From: Phoronis australis
Lineage: Eukaryota; Animalia; Phoronida
DNA length: 63,096 nucleotides
Assembly: GCA_002633005.1 (NCBI GenBank)
Contig: NMRA01000139.1
Span: forward strand, 434,001-497,096
Direction: 5' to 3'
Part shown: piece after piece, positions 1 to 14,500 of the stretch
Layout: each line of letters opens with the position of its first letter
How positions within the stretch are numbered: position 1 is the stretch's first letter
Notes under the pieces: model-generated
What the model saw: the letters and a program-made list of their open reading frames with translations, nothing else
Databases searched by the model: none
Told to the model about the DNA's origin: nothing
Program-made: the position numbers and the translations under genes

Positions 1-1015
1 TTGAATATACTTTTTCCTTGAATGTGATGCCTATCAAGCTTAGTTCCCTGGAGTTGGCCCAAATTTGTATTAAGTGAGCTCTGTATTTTCTGTCTCAGTA
101 CATTTGCTGTTGCATTTAGTCCACGGAATTGTTGTTTTGAAAAGTTAAAAATATGATTTTGAAATAACTATTCAGTGGTGTTCAGCTAATGATTTTCTCA
201 ATAAAAGGACAAGCAGTGATTGTTTGCTTTGATTCATGTAATTACTATGGTAACATCTCTCAAGTTACAGACAAAAATAATTCCTGTATTTGTCCCTTTT
301 TCATTTTCCGGGGTCCTTTTAATACTGCCATGAACACCCACAATGTTTCAGAAACATTGTGTTGCTACATTAATCAGATCATCAACTTGATAAAGCATTA
401 CTTTGACATAATTTCAGTTGGCCGCCATATTGTGCTCTAAATTTGTGACATTTTACTGTAGTCTTAAAAAAATGCCAAAATTCTCACGATGTTGTGTTCT
501 GTGTTACCACTGTCTGTTCCATTTGGTTTCATTGTATTTTTTACTTTTATAGGCACTAGTTTCATTTTCTTTGTATTTCATTTACCCAGAACTTGGTCGT
601 TCAGAATTCATCTTGAAAGGTATGCAACATGATCAGTATTCAAAGTTACACGGACAGATATACTTTGTTACAAATTTGGAAAAACGCTGGAAGAAAAAAG
701 CCTTTTACTTCGAGTAATGTCTCCCATATCAGGTCCAAACTGACTCAGAAAGAAAAAGTTTAAAATGGCATTTAAGTGCCTTACCTCATAGAAACTTATT
801 TGAGCATTGGACAAAGGAGACCAGTCACTGAGTCACCAGACAGCTTACAATGTTTTGTTTACCCTGGCATTGAGTTGGTACAAATTAAGTAGCTATATAA
901 TTGGGTATGATTGCCCCTGTCTGTCTTCTCTAATGTCTGGATGCATGGCAAGGCACCCATTTAGTGTTCAATAAATGCCAGGTATATGGACTGGACTACC
1001 TATTTGCCTTTGTAG

Positions 1016-1140
1016 ACACTCCCCAAGATATCAAGCCAGGTGACTTGCTGGATCATTAGCACTGCACACTGGTCATCAGGCTTCCGCATGCTTCTTGTTC
1101 CTGAAAATCCTGGGATTGGAGAACGAAATCGTGACTATTG
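1016..1140 (+). other. Candidate upstream (probably 5' UTR) exon
   Basis: cctttgtag acceptor and gtaagc donor. Semaphorin exon 1 has its own acceptor, so an upstream exon is required; the link to this one is unproven. Confidence 0.35.
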
Positions 1141-2012
1141 GTAAGCTCGGCTTTTTAATCGCTTTTACTCTTATGATGATTTGCAGTGTGACGCACACTT
1201 TTCCGAGGTAGTCAAGTACATCTTGTGTCCCATCTTCCTGTTCCTGTCAACACTGTCAGTTAGGTACCATTTAAATGCAATTTTGGAATCTTGTACATAT
1301 TGAAGCTGAACAAATCCACTAACTATTTGCGTAGCAAATTAAGTATATCTATGAGTAATATGTCCAGCCGGTGTGTCTAGTTGGTGATCAGTCATCATAC
1401 TTAAGTTTATGTGTCATCAAGTGCTCAACACCATTGAACCTGCTTGCAGCAATCCCTGTTTAGAATGTTCACAGCAATATACCATGTACACACTTGCAAG
1501 TCGTAATTTTACCTAATGCATTCAGTCTACCCTGGTTGCAATGAACCAGCGAATGTTACAATGTACACATTTCGAAGGTCCCTTGGTGCTCATTGTAATG
1601 AAGTTCAACTGTGGCAATTTTTTCTTCATGAGAACTGTTTTAGCTATTGTCAGGTGTAAAAATGTTGGGAGTAGGGCATTAATCCATGAAAATAATATGG
1701 ATTAATGAGCAAGCCTTGTTAGTTATTGAGAGAAATACCATTAAGAACCCAATGCTTTTACAGGGGCATTAAGCATTTTGTTCAGGGAGTATGATGTTTT
1801 ACTGGACCAGCTACAAAAGATAAGTGGTTACAGTGGTTGCCGTGACTTGATCTACATGTTTCAAGTGGGTGCTTAGAGGTTTAGTGGGTAAAGCACCTGC
1901 GGCCAAGATGGTCATCCAGGCATGTTTTTGGAAGTGCGATGGTGCATTTTTACACAAGAGCAAAATGTTGCAGCTGAAGTAAACTTGATCATTTGTTGGA
2001 TTTAGATATACT

Positions 2013-2141
2013 CAGGGACGGAGTTTTAGCCAGGATTTTGCCTGTCAGACATTTGCACTCCCAGACTGCCAAATCGAATCTGAGACAATTTTAGGGGGGG
2101 GGCATAGCCCCCTTGGCCACCCCCCTCTAAATCCGCCACTG
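2013..2141. mobile_element. Short CA..GCGGA-type MITE with 5-bp TSD (atact)
   Basis: Ends cagggacgga / tccgccactg; atact on both sides; G- and C-runs. Confidence 0.68.
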
Positions 2142-5100
2142 ATACTCTCGGCCACATCAAAGATCTGGGTGGAAATTAAGATTGAATTTGAATTTAGGAT
2201 GGTCCTGGCTGAACAATCTGCAATGTAAGGGTCTCCATTTGCAGTTGCATGAAACAGCTCCGATTAGGGACTCTGACTGTGTTTCTTCACTCTTCAATAC
2301 ATGTTTGTGCACTTGTGTAAACAGTGATTGCCCTTTCTTATGCTGTTTTATTTTATTATCAAGTCAACTTTTTGCTTTGATAAAGACTGAGAGTAAACTG
2401 TACGTTGAGTTAAAAATGTTATTGAAAATAGTTCGACTAAGTACCTAGTTATTTTCATTGAAATAAGGACTAAGTTTTGAGATATTAGTAGAAAATGTGA
2501 TCAGTAAAAGATGAACAAATAATGAAGATAAAATGATAGAAGATTATATAATTTGTGTTTAGAAATAAACTATTACACAGAAGATTTAGAAAACTATTGT
2601 TTCTCAGTTGAGTACCTATTTGGGATTGTTTCATACAGCCGGGAACAGGAACGCAACCATGATGAGCCATTGTACCCATGTCTCTGTTTAGTCTCCTAGT
2701 TCTCTGCAGAGGCCCCCCTTCTTCTTTGATTCTTGATGGGTCTTGATAGACTGCAAGGACCAACTTGTATTACCAGTAAAATATAACTGAGGAGTACTCC
2801 CCATAGCTACTGTGTCAAGTGGTAACTGAGGCCTTTTTACAATGTTTTATGATTCTGAGCTGTTGTCAAGAGGTTTATAAGAGCAGGAACCTGCTGGGCT
2901 CTGGGAGCTTTGTGGGGGGTGTACTCCTATAGGTGAGGTAATGCCGAATGGTAATTATGATGTACAGCTTATAGGGTTTGGTATTTTAATCTTGCAGTTG
3001 GTGTCTTGGTTGTTTTTTGCTCTATTACATTTGGTGGACTAGTGTTTTGATGCTTTAGAGTTAGTAGTAACGTCTTGTGTGTTTAACAATTGTTGGAGTC
3101 TGATGGTGACCATGGAAAGGATATTGATTGATATTGACTTGGGTGGGGTTTTTTATCAAATGGTATTGTGTTTGTGTTCCGTTTTCGTGAGTGACAAAAT
3201 TATTTCGTTGGGTCTTATTTTAGAAGTGTGGAATCACCCCTGGTCCTGTAAGTGGAAGAGAAACAGGGCCTGCAATGAGGACCTACCTGTTACGTCTTTA
3301 CAGTGGTAATTTGGGAGACTTGTACAGCTCTGCTGTCATTTTACAAATACCTAGTGGGTTGGTAGTCTGCTCACAAATTACTTGGTGTTGAGCAAACATT
3401 GTGATTGAAAACAACACTTGTCCCTTGTGGCTACTAGAACTGAAAGCACAAGTCTACTGCAACATTCTCTTTAGTGCACGTCATCATAGAAAAAGAAAAC
3501 ATAGAAAGCAAGCCTCAAAATGCATCAAATAAATATATATATTTTGCAGAATCATTTGCATAGTTCAAGATTTAGGCATGACATAAGATTTTTGACATCG
3601 CCTTAATCTTTCAAACATGGCTCAAGATTTTAAAACATGGCTCAGAACTTTTTAAACATGGCGCAGGACTGTGTTTGGAAGCAGGCAGGTGTACTACTGC
3701 TATTATTAATACAGTGCAAAAGGTTTGACTCTGTTGTTTGTTTTGCTTTGCTTGTTCTTGTCTTGGTCTAGTCTGTGTTTTGATAATCTAGTATCAATAC
3801 TTGCAACATTTTTGAGTCTTTAAACAATATTCGGGTCTGATGGTGGCTAGGAAAAGATATTGGTATTGTCAATAGGTGATGTTTTTCACCAATCGTTTTT
3901 GTCTAGGTGTACAATTTTCCTGGTTGTGAAGCTGTTACAATGGACTGGAATTGGTGCATGTGGCAGCACTTTCTGCCCTCTGAGTGAAAGAGAACCTGGA
4001 CATGTGATAAGGACTTCCTTGTGACATCTTTACAGCTTTAATTCAAACAGGATTAAATATCATAGTGTTTTTTCCTGGTATCAGATTCATGCAATGAATG
4101 TTTAATGGTTATGTTCAGTGTTCCTAGCCATATAGGGTTGTGTCCCACCTTACAATCTTTTGAGGACCAACAGAATTTTGTGGTGAAATTAGACACAAGA
4201 TGGCTCTGTGTTGGCCATTCTTTGAATAATCATTTGTGGAGTGATCCTTTTACAGAGCCTTATGTATTTTGGTATGTAGATAGATATTTTCAAGGGCTGT
4301 GGGAAATGTGGTATTGAGTTCTTGCCACCACTTGCTATTCTCGAGTTATTTGAGACTTTCTAATTTGATGACTGCTTTTTGTTGACTGATTCCTAAATGT
4401 ACTTTTTGTTGGTTTATCATATACTGTACGTTGTGTTGCCACGTGCTTCGATGTCGTGGTCGTTTTGTGTTCGTGGTTCCATCTGCTACTTCATATCTAA
4501 GTTTTTCATTCATTTCGCCAATTTTAGCGCGCTCCCCAGAGCACTTTCATTTCTTATTCCTTGCTGGTGACCTGATCAGCTTGTGAAGATATTGTTTATC
4601 TGCCGTTCTCTCCATGAAGTACGGTGTAGCAGGAAGGAAGGTTGGGATGGCAGAATGCAATGCACAATTTGAACAATGTTTGAGCTTTTGCCCATGAATA
4701 GTCCACAGGTGGAGAAAACTTGCATGACCTCCTTTAACTTACTGAGCCTAAGTAGGGACTGAAATCTTGGACTGTTCTTAGTTTAAGTTCAAAATATCCT
4801 GTTTCAAATTTTGTCTTTGTTGGAAATCATTTGTGTGCATGGCTTTGACATAAATATTAATTATTTAGTAATTATTATTTATTAATTATTCACAAATGCA
4901 TTTTGTGCTTTTACTGTAATTTGAAAGTTGAAGCAAAGCCAACGGTGTTTATTGTAGTTCACGACACTGTATGTACTTTTAACAGCAACAGAAATATAAA
5001 TGATTATTTGATACTAAGTACCATTTGGACATCTACTTTTGGCCCCGACGGTTTACACACAAAACTCACTAACTGTGGCAAGACGGAATTTGTAGGCTGG

Positions 5101-6734
5101 AGAGTGGAACTCACACGCGCAGGTTTACAAATGGCGGGAGTTGCAGAGATAGAGATCCCGTATGTATGCCATTGCATAAGCGCAGTAGAAATGATCCTTT
5201 CTGCCTTGTCCCAGTTTCGCGTATAGACATATACATCGACACGGAGCAAGATGATCGAGCGCAAATTGCTCTACCTCACAAACGTGTGGCAAAAGTTGAC
5301 ACCGCGGTGTCAATTTGCTCCGTGTCAGTCCCGTTTACACTCATACATGCGCTGGAACTTCTCGTTCCGTGTCAGCTGATTCGTGTCAACTTTTGTAATA
5401 TAAAGGGCACTCTACTCATATTTCTGTCAACTTGTCTGTCTACAAATAGCCTAACACAAAAGACTCGAAGCATTTCAAAAAAGGCTCAGAATTTGAAAAC
5501 AAGGCTCAATGTCTTCCTAACTCAGTCCTCAAATCCTTCTTTGGGTTTATTACAGAGAAAATTGCAGTTTAAATCCTGTAATACTGATGTAAATTAAACA
5601 CATATGCAAGTATTGTTAAGTTGAAGACAGAATGGCAACTGGCAAGATCAACACTTTAGTGTTTCGCTAAGTCAGCAGTTTAATACCAACGTAACTGTAA
5701 GAGAAAACCCTTCTGACATTTAGATGGGAAAGCATGAATACCTGAAGTGTGCACATATATTGTGATTAGAATATCGGGCTAATCAACTAATGTGACGACT
5801 TGAAAATACATTGGCTAATTGCGAAGTGAGTGGTAATGTTATGATGTAGAATGTCAATGGTAGTAAAGCACAGCATTTAGTGTTTGTGTTTTTGTTAAAT
5901 TGACTGAGTACTGAAATGTGTGCTTTTCAAAAAGAATTTGTTTGCTTATGATGAATTGAATGCTACCTCCTGGGTAAATAGATTGGTTTTCCTGGAAATA
6001 TTATAACCAGTGTTTTCAGTCGTAGTGCCTGTCTAGCCCTGTGCTGTTTTGTCATAAATAAATATCACCTTTTTTATGGGAATATGTTAACTTCAGTTCA
6101 TCTTACAAATTAAACGAAGCAACCATAGGCTGATATGAATTGAAAATGAAACTCCAGGTGTCGCTAATTCATACCAATCCAACATCATGCAGAAGACCAC
6201 CTATATTGTCTATTGTTGGAATTGCATGGCATTTTGGGTTAGATTCTGTGGTTGATGGTAGATGAGCCTCATGTTGCGTTTTGACATTTTGATCACAGTA
6301 CAGAGATAATATCTTGAATTTAATCAGTTGTACTGTGAAAACAAAGGTCTGGTGATTATTTATGGAAAGCTGATATGACCAAGGAGTCCCCACAATATTA
6401 GAAAGCAGTAAAACCAAGAGACTGTCTCCACGCTGACTGTTGGTGTTTGCTGCCTGAGTTGATTTGTTCAGCGCTTATTGTGGGTAATACTTGTTATGGT
6501 AAAGTCTTGCCTTGTTAGACAAAATGTATGTACAAGATCGTGTTTTTGTTCTAAAGGGTTTCTTACTAATTCTTGTAAATACTGTCAGCTGGTAGCTACC
6601 GGGTAGAACTTGAAAATGGTAAAGCCAAAATATGACAATCTAATGAGAAGATATTAATTTCCTTTGTTGTGATTCTGGACCTGGATTACTAGAAAATGGT
6701 GAGATCTACCTTTAAATCTTTGTTGATGTTGTTG

Positions 6735-7382
6735 CGTAGGCATATCCAGGATCGGTCAAGGGGGCCTGGACCCCCTTTTTCCATTGACTTTAGTGATATC
6801 AACTCTAGAATTTTCAAATTGTTAACTTGGACCCCCTTTTCAAAAAAATCCTTGATCTGACCCCCAGGCCTTTATGCAGCGTACGTCTATTTGGACGCCC
6901 TAGCACTCATCTGGACGCCCTGGCGAGGACGCCCAATGTATCGTTTGGAAGCCCACTGTCAATAGGAACCTTTCAAGTTTGGACTAACACATTGTAGTGA
7001 ACACTAGGAAGCCTCTGAAGGCTCACAGTGGGGGCTCTTTTTTCAAAGCAGGAAGAAATATACAATGTATATACAAAGTACATACAATGTTACTATGCTC
7101 ATACTTGGTTGATAGCATTGTAAAAGTCTTGGTCTACAGTTTTTTTAGTAAAAATGGTCACTACAGAAGGCTGTTTTCTAAACTTAGATGTAAAAACCAC
7201 TTGGTCTATGCATTTTTTTGTAAAAAAATCTGTGTGTTTGGTGGGATTGCTGGGGGTGGGGGTTACGCGTCGGAATCATGGACGCCCTGGAATATTGGGA
7301 ACCCCATTTGGGACACCCTATTTTCAAAATCTTGGATAAAGGCCTGCTGACCCCCCTTTTAAAAATCCTGAATCTGCCCCTG
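6735..7382. mobile_element. CA..GCGGA-type MITE (near 5-bp TSD) carrying a nested element
   Basis: Ends cgtaggcatatccagga / tcctgaatctgcccctg; flanks tgttg / tggtg. Confidence 0.55.
6865..7346. mobile_element. hAT MITE with 8-bp TSD (ctgacccc), nested in the previous element
   Basis: TIR caggcctttat / ataaaggcctg; perfect 8-bp duplication; subterminal ggacgccc repeats. Confidence 0.8.
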
Positions 7383-8128
7383 TGGTGCTTGAAACAAAAT
7401 TGGTCTCCTGTAGTGTATACAGACTCTGAAATCGTGTTGATATCTAAGTTTTTAATGTCAAACAATGGCACCTGAAATTTAGTAGCACTGTATTGTGTGG
7501 TGGGAACATTACAGATTACATGATTCTAAGTGTCAATCTTTTTATGTGTCACCTGGGAAAATTCCCACTAGAACTTCTTAATTTTTGATGCAAAATGATT
7601 TTCTTCAAAATTAAGATATCTCTTTTGGAATTTTTTGAAACCAGTGATAAATGTAAATTAGTCTTAATCTTGCCTAACCTAAGATTATGGGCTTGTTTTG
7701 ATAAGCAAAGCAGCATTTTCTTGAATAAAAAGTCCCTTGTTGAAAACGTTACCCCAAAATGGACACCTTTACCGACAAATCGTTGCTGGAAATTTGTCTA
7801 CATCATCATCTAATTCCTGTGCCTATATTGTTCATGACATTTGACATCTCTGCTGCAGACAGGTGTCTCTACTGTACCTGAGTAATAATTATTGTGTTTA
7901 GAATACCCGAGAGAGTTTTTTTTAACCACCATCTGCCGATTCCATTGTATGCATAGCAGTTTTGTCATTTTTACTTTCACACAACTTACAGTCATACATA
8001 GGATGTGCCATACAGAGGCCATTGTGTTCCAGCTATTGTACATCTGATGTTTGGTTGTACAGCACCTACCAGTATGTTGTGTTATGTTTGTTTCTTCCAA
8101 GTTTGCACAACATTATTAAAACCACACA

Positions 8129-9088
8129 TTTGGTGTTGAGGCAGTGTTGAGCCTGACTGAGGTAAGCTTTTGTGGGTGTAGGGTGAAGCAGGACTGAGTG
8201 TCTTAATTGGAGGAAAATTAGTTCAGAGGTGGGTGCTTGGAAAATAGAATGTGTTCTTTGTGGTTACAGTAGTGTTAAGAGCAGGGGTCTACTGTTTGTT
8301 ACTGGAAATTGAACTTTGAATTAGTTTTGATCTTTTGTGTGGCAGCTTTTATGCCCCCAAATATTTATATGTGGTCGCATATTGCCGTCATCTCTGTCTG
8401 GGCGTCCGGTGTCCGTCGTCCGTAGCTGTATCTCCTAAACCCTTACAGGATCTTGATGAGAATTGGCAGACATGGTCCTATGAAGCTGACGATAGATGAC
8501 GACAAATTTCGTAACTCTCTGACTACAGGTGTGCCCCTAGTGGCAATTTTAGTTTTTCACGCTTACCTCTGTATTTTCAGAAGTGCTCAAGGGATTTTCA
8601 TAAAATNTTTGGTGTTGAGGCAGTGTTGAGCCTGACTGAGGTAAGCTTTTGTGGGTGTAGGGTGAAGCAGGACTGAGTGTCTTAATTGGAGGAAAATTAG
8701 TTCAGAGGTGGGTGCTTGGAAAATAGAATGTGTTCTTTGTGGTTACAGTAGTGTTAAGAGCAGGGGTCTACTGTTTGTTACTGGAAATTGAACTTTGAAT
8801 TAGTTTTGATCTTTTGTGTGGCAGCTTTTATGCCCCCAAATATTTATATGTGGTCGCATATTGCCGTCATCTCTGTCTGGGCGTCCGGTGTTTTCGTCGT
8901 CCGTAGCTGTATCTCCTAAACCCTTACAGGATCTTGATGAGATTTGGCAGACATGGTCCTATGAAGCTGACGATAGATGACGACAAATTTCGGAACTCTC
9001 TGACTACAGGTGTGCCCCTAGTGGCAATTTTAGTTTTTCACGCTTACCTCTGTATTTTCAGAAGTCCTCAAGGGATTTTCATAAAATT
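8129..9088. other. Probable assembly artefact: ~478-bp duplication across a single N at 8607
   Basis: 8129-8606 recurs from 8608 with a few differences. Confidence 0.8.
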
Positions 9089-9723
9089 TGGCAGTTATGC
9101 ATATATTAGTGAGATGACGCTACTCTCCTGTTTTCGGATGGATTCAAGGTGTTTTGCGTCGTCTAGTGGCCATTTTTGCTTCCGGCCTTCTATCAATCAG
9201 ACTGCTCTAGGGATGATTTTGAAAATTGGCATATATGTTCTTACTGTGAAGAGGGAGGCTGACGATGATTTTCCGACAACTTTGACTACTGGGGTGCCTC
9301 CTAGTGGCAGTTTTGTTTGTTTTTGCGTCCATGGCTATATCTCCTAAATGCTCTACAGGATCTTTATTGAATTTTACTTGTGTATTTATTTGAAGTTGAA
9401 AGCAGAGTACGACGACTTTCGAACAGATTGGACTATGGGCAAATGTATCGATATTAAGTTGATAATTTACGATGACGACTTTAAGACGAATCTGACAATT
9501 TCATTTTTTCTGTTTTCCTCTGTTTCTTTGACGTTCCTTTACAGATTATATGAAATTCAATAAATAGCTTTCTTAAGAACGATGGCATGTTCGCATTTTC
9601 GCATGGATTTGACGTATTTTGCGCCATCTAGTGGCCATTTTATGATACAAATAAACACCCCCAGAAGCACACTGTTTGCGGTGCATTCGTGGGCGCATTT
9701 CAATGCTTTATGTTGCTCTTGTT
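8826..9723 (+). mobile_element. Helentron-associated (DINE-1/HINE-like) non-autonomous element
   Basis: Starts ttttatgcccc with a 5' hairpin and gtccg-type repeats; central repeats with cctagtggc; 3' subterminal inverse tgggcgcat, a stem-loop and ctcttgtt. Confidence 0.7.
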
Positions 9724-11448
9724 GCAGCAAGCTGGGCAGGCTTCGATGGGACTTCATCAAACTGTAGAAAACATTGAGTCACTTCATGCCAGAATCGTTT
9801 ATCAATAAAATGGCACTTGTTGTGGCTAAATAAGTACAGTTGTTGAACTTGAGCCTGATATGTTTTAACATTATAGCACCTAGGGTCTGAGGTCTTTTGT
9901 CAGAATTTGATGTGGTGTGGTTACAGCAAATTGCCGATTCCAGATGAATAGATGGTGTTACGTCTAGCTGCAACCACGTTCATTTTCTAACGGCCTTCTG
10001 TTTATGTACTGTAAATGTTTTTGTAGAATATGGCTGGCAGTTGTGTTCACTGACGAGGTCGATCTCGTGTTGTTGTCATCAGAGCTTTTGTTTCCTAACT
10101 TGGTCCTAATAAGTGTTCTGTTTCCGAAATAGCAGTTTGGTTACCTACTTAGAGCACTCAGTCATTTCCCAATCTGTTCCTATTCAGTCAATTTTACACT
10201 GTGTGATGACTGCTGGCTGTTGTCGCTGTCGTGGTAACATTTGTCTATTACCATGACAACATATACCTGAAAAATATTTTTTTTCTAATAAGCTGCATTG
10301 GGTGTAACCCACACCTTCTCACATTGCCTGCAGCATTATACTTCCCATTTCTAATTAACTACATGAAGATTCACATGTATTCACATTGTATATACACACA
10401 GCTGTTTGTCCAGAGATTGGTTGGCTATGCTGGAGTCCATGTTTTGTTAATCAAAAACTTATCTCTTGACATAGCATGAAGTCCATCCCTGTCTGTGTCC
10501 AGTGATAACTAATCAATCAGTGAGTCTAAATAGTGTGGTTTTGCACAAGGCAGTTTACTTTGATTTTGGAAGCTTTGAGAAAGATGCATAATGGACCATT
10601 GTTTTAGTAAGAACTGTTGTGCTCATAAAGTTGGCACTTGAGATTAATTTTGTCAACTAATATCAATTTACCCTCAGAGTTATCCTTATCTGTGCTGGTT
10701 TCATTAACACATGGTGAGCTATTTCCTTGGTTCTTAATTCTCATATGTCTCGCCCTCCTTCATTTTGGTCTATGGACAACAAACAGCATTGTTCTAACAG
10801 ATGTTTTTGTAAACAATGAAATCCCACAACAGGGGAAGACACCTGTTCTGAAGATGGTTCTGAGTGCTGTTTGTTTAAAATGGTAACCAAATGGTTCCAC
10901 TGGAAGACCTCTTATCTTCCCACAGTGTTGCGCATCTTGTGCACAGTTTTCAGCCTTGGCAATGTGTGTGCTGTGTTTGTTCATTGGATTTGACTAAATC
11001 AGTGTCATTTCTAACCCAGCGAGATCTTAATGTTGCAATGCTGATGTGGAACGTGTGAAAAATCGGATCCACACAAATATAATGAGTACGTTTTTATTAG
11101 CTCACTGTCATATGGGAAGACTTCTCTCATGATTAATTCGTAGCGGTCGTGTTTGCCAATTTTCAGTTCATACTGTTTGAATGCTTTTGATGTGTACTAA
11201 TACTGTCAATGTGCCATGTGAATGCATTTGATGAGTACTAATACTGTCAATGTGCCATGTGAATTCATGTCTTCATCTACTTCTTCTTTTCTAGGACTTC
11301 GTCATTTGTTTGCCACCTGACTTGCGCGCTTGAAGATTGTTGCGACTCGATAACGCTACCAGTGATTTGAAGTTGATGTCATGTGTCCATGTGACCTTTG
11401 ACCTGTTGATGGTTGCTGATCAGTAGCGGAGGAGGGTTGTTGCTCATA

Positions 11449-11563
11449 ATGAAGAGAGTATTGGTGTCAGCGTTGTTGACATGGACTCTGACCATGTTCA
11501 CCGTCCCCAAGACCAATTGTTTGCCAAGGCGGATGATGAACGTCACCACATTTTCTCCCGTTT
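11449..11563 (+). CDS. Semaphorin coding exon 1 (signal peptide MKRVLVSALLTWTLTMFTVPKTNC...)
   Basis: ATG followed by basic residues and a hydrophobic stretch; donor gtgagt at 11564, phase 1. The exon acceptor ttttctag ends at 11294, so it includes 5' UTR. Confidence 0.8.
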
Positions 11564-14500
11564 GTGAGTAGCAGGCCTTGTGTATACCCAAAGTCTCGAC
11601 AGACTAAACTGACATGTGGTTCGATGCAACTCTCCAGCTAAATGAAATGTTTGACGCCTGTTTTTAGTGTCGGCAAAGTGATGTAGTATATCCACAAAAA
11701 GTTACATTATTTGTCTCACTCAGTCACTGGGCGTGTATACAGAATTCTCAATATTTTCAAGAAGAAATTATTTGATGTCCAAAATTAAAGATGATTCTCC
11801 TTAATTCAGTTTTCATGAAACAAATGTTGGAACTAACCATCAATGCTATTTTCACAGCCACAAGATGGATGAAATGTTCTGTATATTGCAGACACAGAGT
11901 TTACTTCAAACCTAACGAAAGACCTCTACTATAGGTATATGAAAATTGACGGGGACAAGGTGTTCATTGGAACAAAGTAAGTGATTGCCAGTCTGGCACA
12001 ATATGTTCTTTCCATTTACCGTAAACTCGCAGGTTAACGCCCATTCCTGGGTAATTGCCCACTGTTCAGGTAATCGCCCATTCCCCACTTTACACAAATT
12101 TCAGCTTCTCGGGTAATCGGCCACCCCCAAATTACCGCTTACAGAACTTGCGCTTGAACTTGTGCTTTTGTCCGCACCTTTGCCTCAGGATCGAACTTCC
12201 ATGTTGGTGGGGTCAACACAGCATACTTGTGTATGATGGCCTTGAAAAGTGCAGTTTTTAACCGGAATTTGTGGAATAACTTAAGTGCTGCAACTACCTT
12301 TTCTTAAACTTATTAACTGGTCTTCTGTTAAAGTAATATAGGCCAACTCCGTAGATCTTTATAGAACTGACACTTTGCCACTACGAGATTAATCATCGTT
12401 CAGTGATGATCTCAATCAGACTGGGAAGTTATTCGAGCATACAAGTTCCACGCAATGCCATGGAGCATGTGATTTTGTTAGATCTCCCGGGTCGACCCAG
12501 ATTAGAATTGTGCAATTTATCACACCCCCCTCTAGTTGCAATTGCACAGTTTGGGTCGGGCCGAGAAGCAAACACATCTCCGTCTCTCAATAACTTTTTA
12601 CACTTGCGTCATTTAGCAAGCTGACGAGGTATGGCATGTGGAGTATTTTGATCTAAAAACAGATCACAAAGTCATTCTTCTCAACGTTGTCTGCGGCTTT
12701 TACTCCTTGAAAGGAAAATCTGTCGGTATCAAGCCTCAGACAACTCGCGTGCATATTTGACATGACAAATATGCGCTTGAGTTCACGTTTCATGTTTGAG
12801 ACAGCTCAACTCAGTTAAGTTTTATTCCCCGAGTAGTGTAATCTCATCAGATGCCGAGACACTGGGTCACATTTGCGGCAGAGAATGACTCGTCCGTGTG
12901 TTAAACGAGGAAACAAAATCACATAGCCACGTTGACTGATCTGAAACAGTACATGCTATTACAGTAAGTGAACTGCCATTCGAGTTTCATAAAGTTCCAC
13001 GGTATGACATTTTGTAGCGCGCTAATGTATTTAAAAACATCTGAGACTTTCAAAGTTGAAATCCTGTTTCTGTTTGAGCCGTGAGAAACTTTGTGGCTGT
13101 GCGGTTCCGATGATTGACCGAACTTACAAGTTCCATTCTCGAATAAACACCCCGTGCACCTGCCCAGTTCGGCTAAAATTTGGACGTAAGTGGCCACTGC
13201 TTGGGTAATCGCTTATCCCCAACCTTTGCCAATTTTCGGTTATAGCGCCCTCTACTTGGTTAGTTGCCCAATCCCCTCTCTCAGGGTTTCCCATTTTAAG
13301 TGCCCAGGATGTTAACCTGTGAGTTTACTGTATAATAGTAGTAACCATGGTAACTGGGTACATTGAGTCACTGAAAGAAGTTTTGATAAGGATCACTTGT
13401 TGTAAGTACAGCACTCTGAAGCATATCGCCTGTGATTATGGTGATCAATATGATAAAAATATTTTTGTACATACATGTTTAGCGTACATGGCACATTAAA
13501 ACAATGAAAACTGTTCTCCAACATGGCACACTGATACAATTGTGTGCTTTGAACTGCCACTAACCTCTTTGATGCCTGTCTCATTATCCAAAGGGTCACC
13601 GTGCACCTTTCTAAGGGTTTGGAATTTTCCTCTTAAGAGGATTTGTCTATTTTGGATTCAGTTTCCCCTAATTTGATATCCAGTTTCGTTTTCTTCAGTT
13701 TTTATCATTATTTTTACTTTATTCATGCAAAAACCTTTATTTGAGTTAAATTTTACAACCCAACAGATATTTCTATCGTAATAAACGATGCATCAGCTTG
13801 AAAAATTTCCTCTTTTTTGTCATTGGTCTATCCAAGCCCTTGTTTCTGGACGTGCCTGTTTTCCAGATAATGAAACTGTGGAGGATACATGTGTGGGCCT
13901 AGCAATGCCTAGTATGGTAGTGGATGTTTGTATGTGCCCACATAGTTGTGTGTGGACGCATTATGCCGTCGTCTATGTCCGTCCGCCCGGCGTCTGTGCG
14001 TCCGACGTCTGCTGCTCTATCTTCAAAATCCTTTGACGTACGTTCATGAAATTTTGCAAAATGTTCCTTTTATGGATGGGATGGCATGAGTGAACTTTCG
14101 GATGGATCCGACTACCGGTATGCCCCCTTGTGGCAATTTTATTTTTTACGCTTACCTCTATATCTTCAAAGGTCCTCAACGTAGTTTGATAAAATTTGGC
14201 ATATAGGCATCTATGAGTTAGATGACGCTATCATTGCATTTTCAGATGGATTCGACGAAGTTTGCGCCACCTAGTGGCCATTTTTGTTGTTTTTGAGTCC
14301 GTTTTTTGACGTCCACCCCTCTATCATCCCAACCGCTCTAAGAATGATTGTGAAAATTGGTATGTGTGTTCTTATGAAGAGGACGGCTAACGATGAGTTT
14401 CCGATGATTTTGACTACTGCGGCGCCTTCTAGTGGCAGTTTTGTTTTTTGCGCTTATGGCTGTAACTCCTAAACCGTTGGCAGGATCTTTACTAAATTTA

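Noticed and set aside
5018-5411. Possible PIF/Harbinger-like MITE (CpG-rich patch with cta flanks) and its overlapping ORFs
   Set aside because: The terminal inverted match is too weak to call, and the ORFs show no protein motifs.
8934-9347. 137-aa ORF and similar ORFs at 33956-34656, 38701-39039 and 49737-50383
   Set aside because: They lie within copies of the non-coding Helentron-like repeat, and the frames are not conserved between copies.
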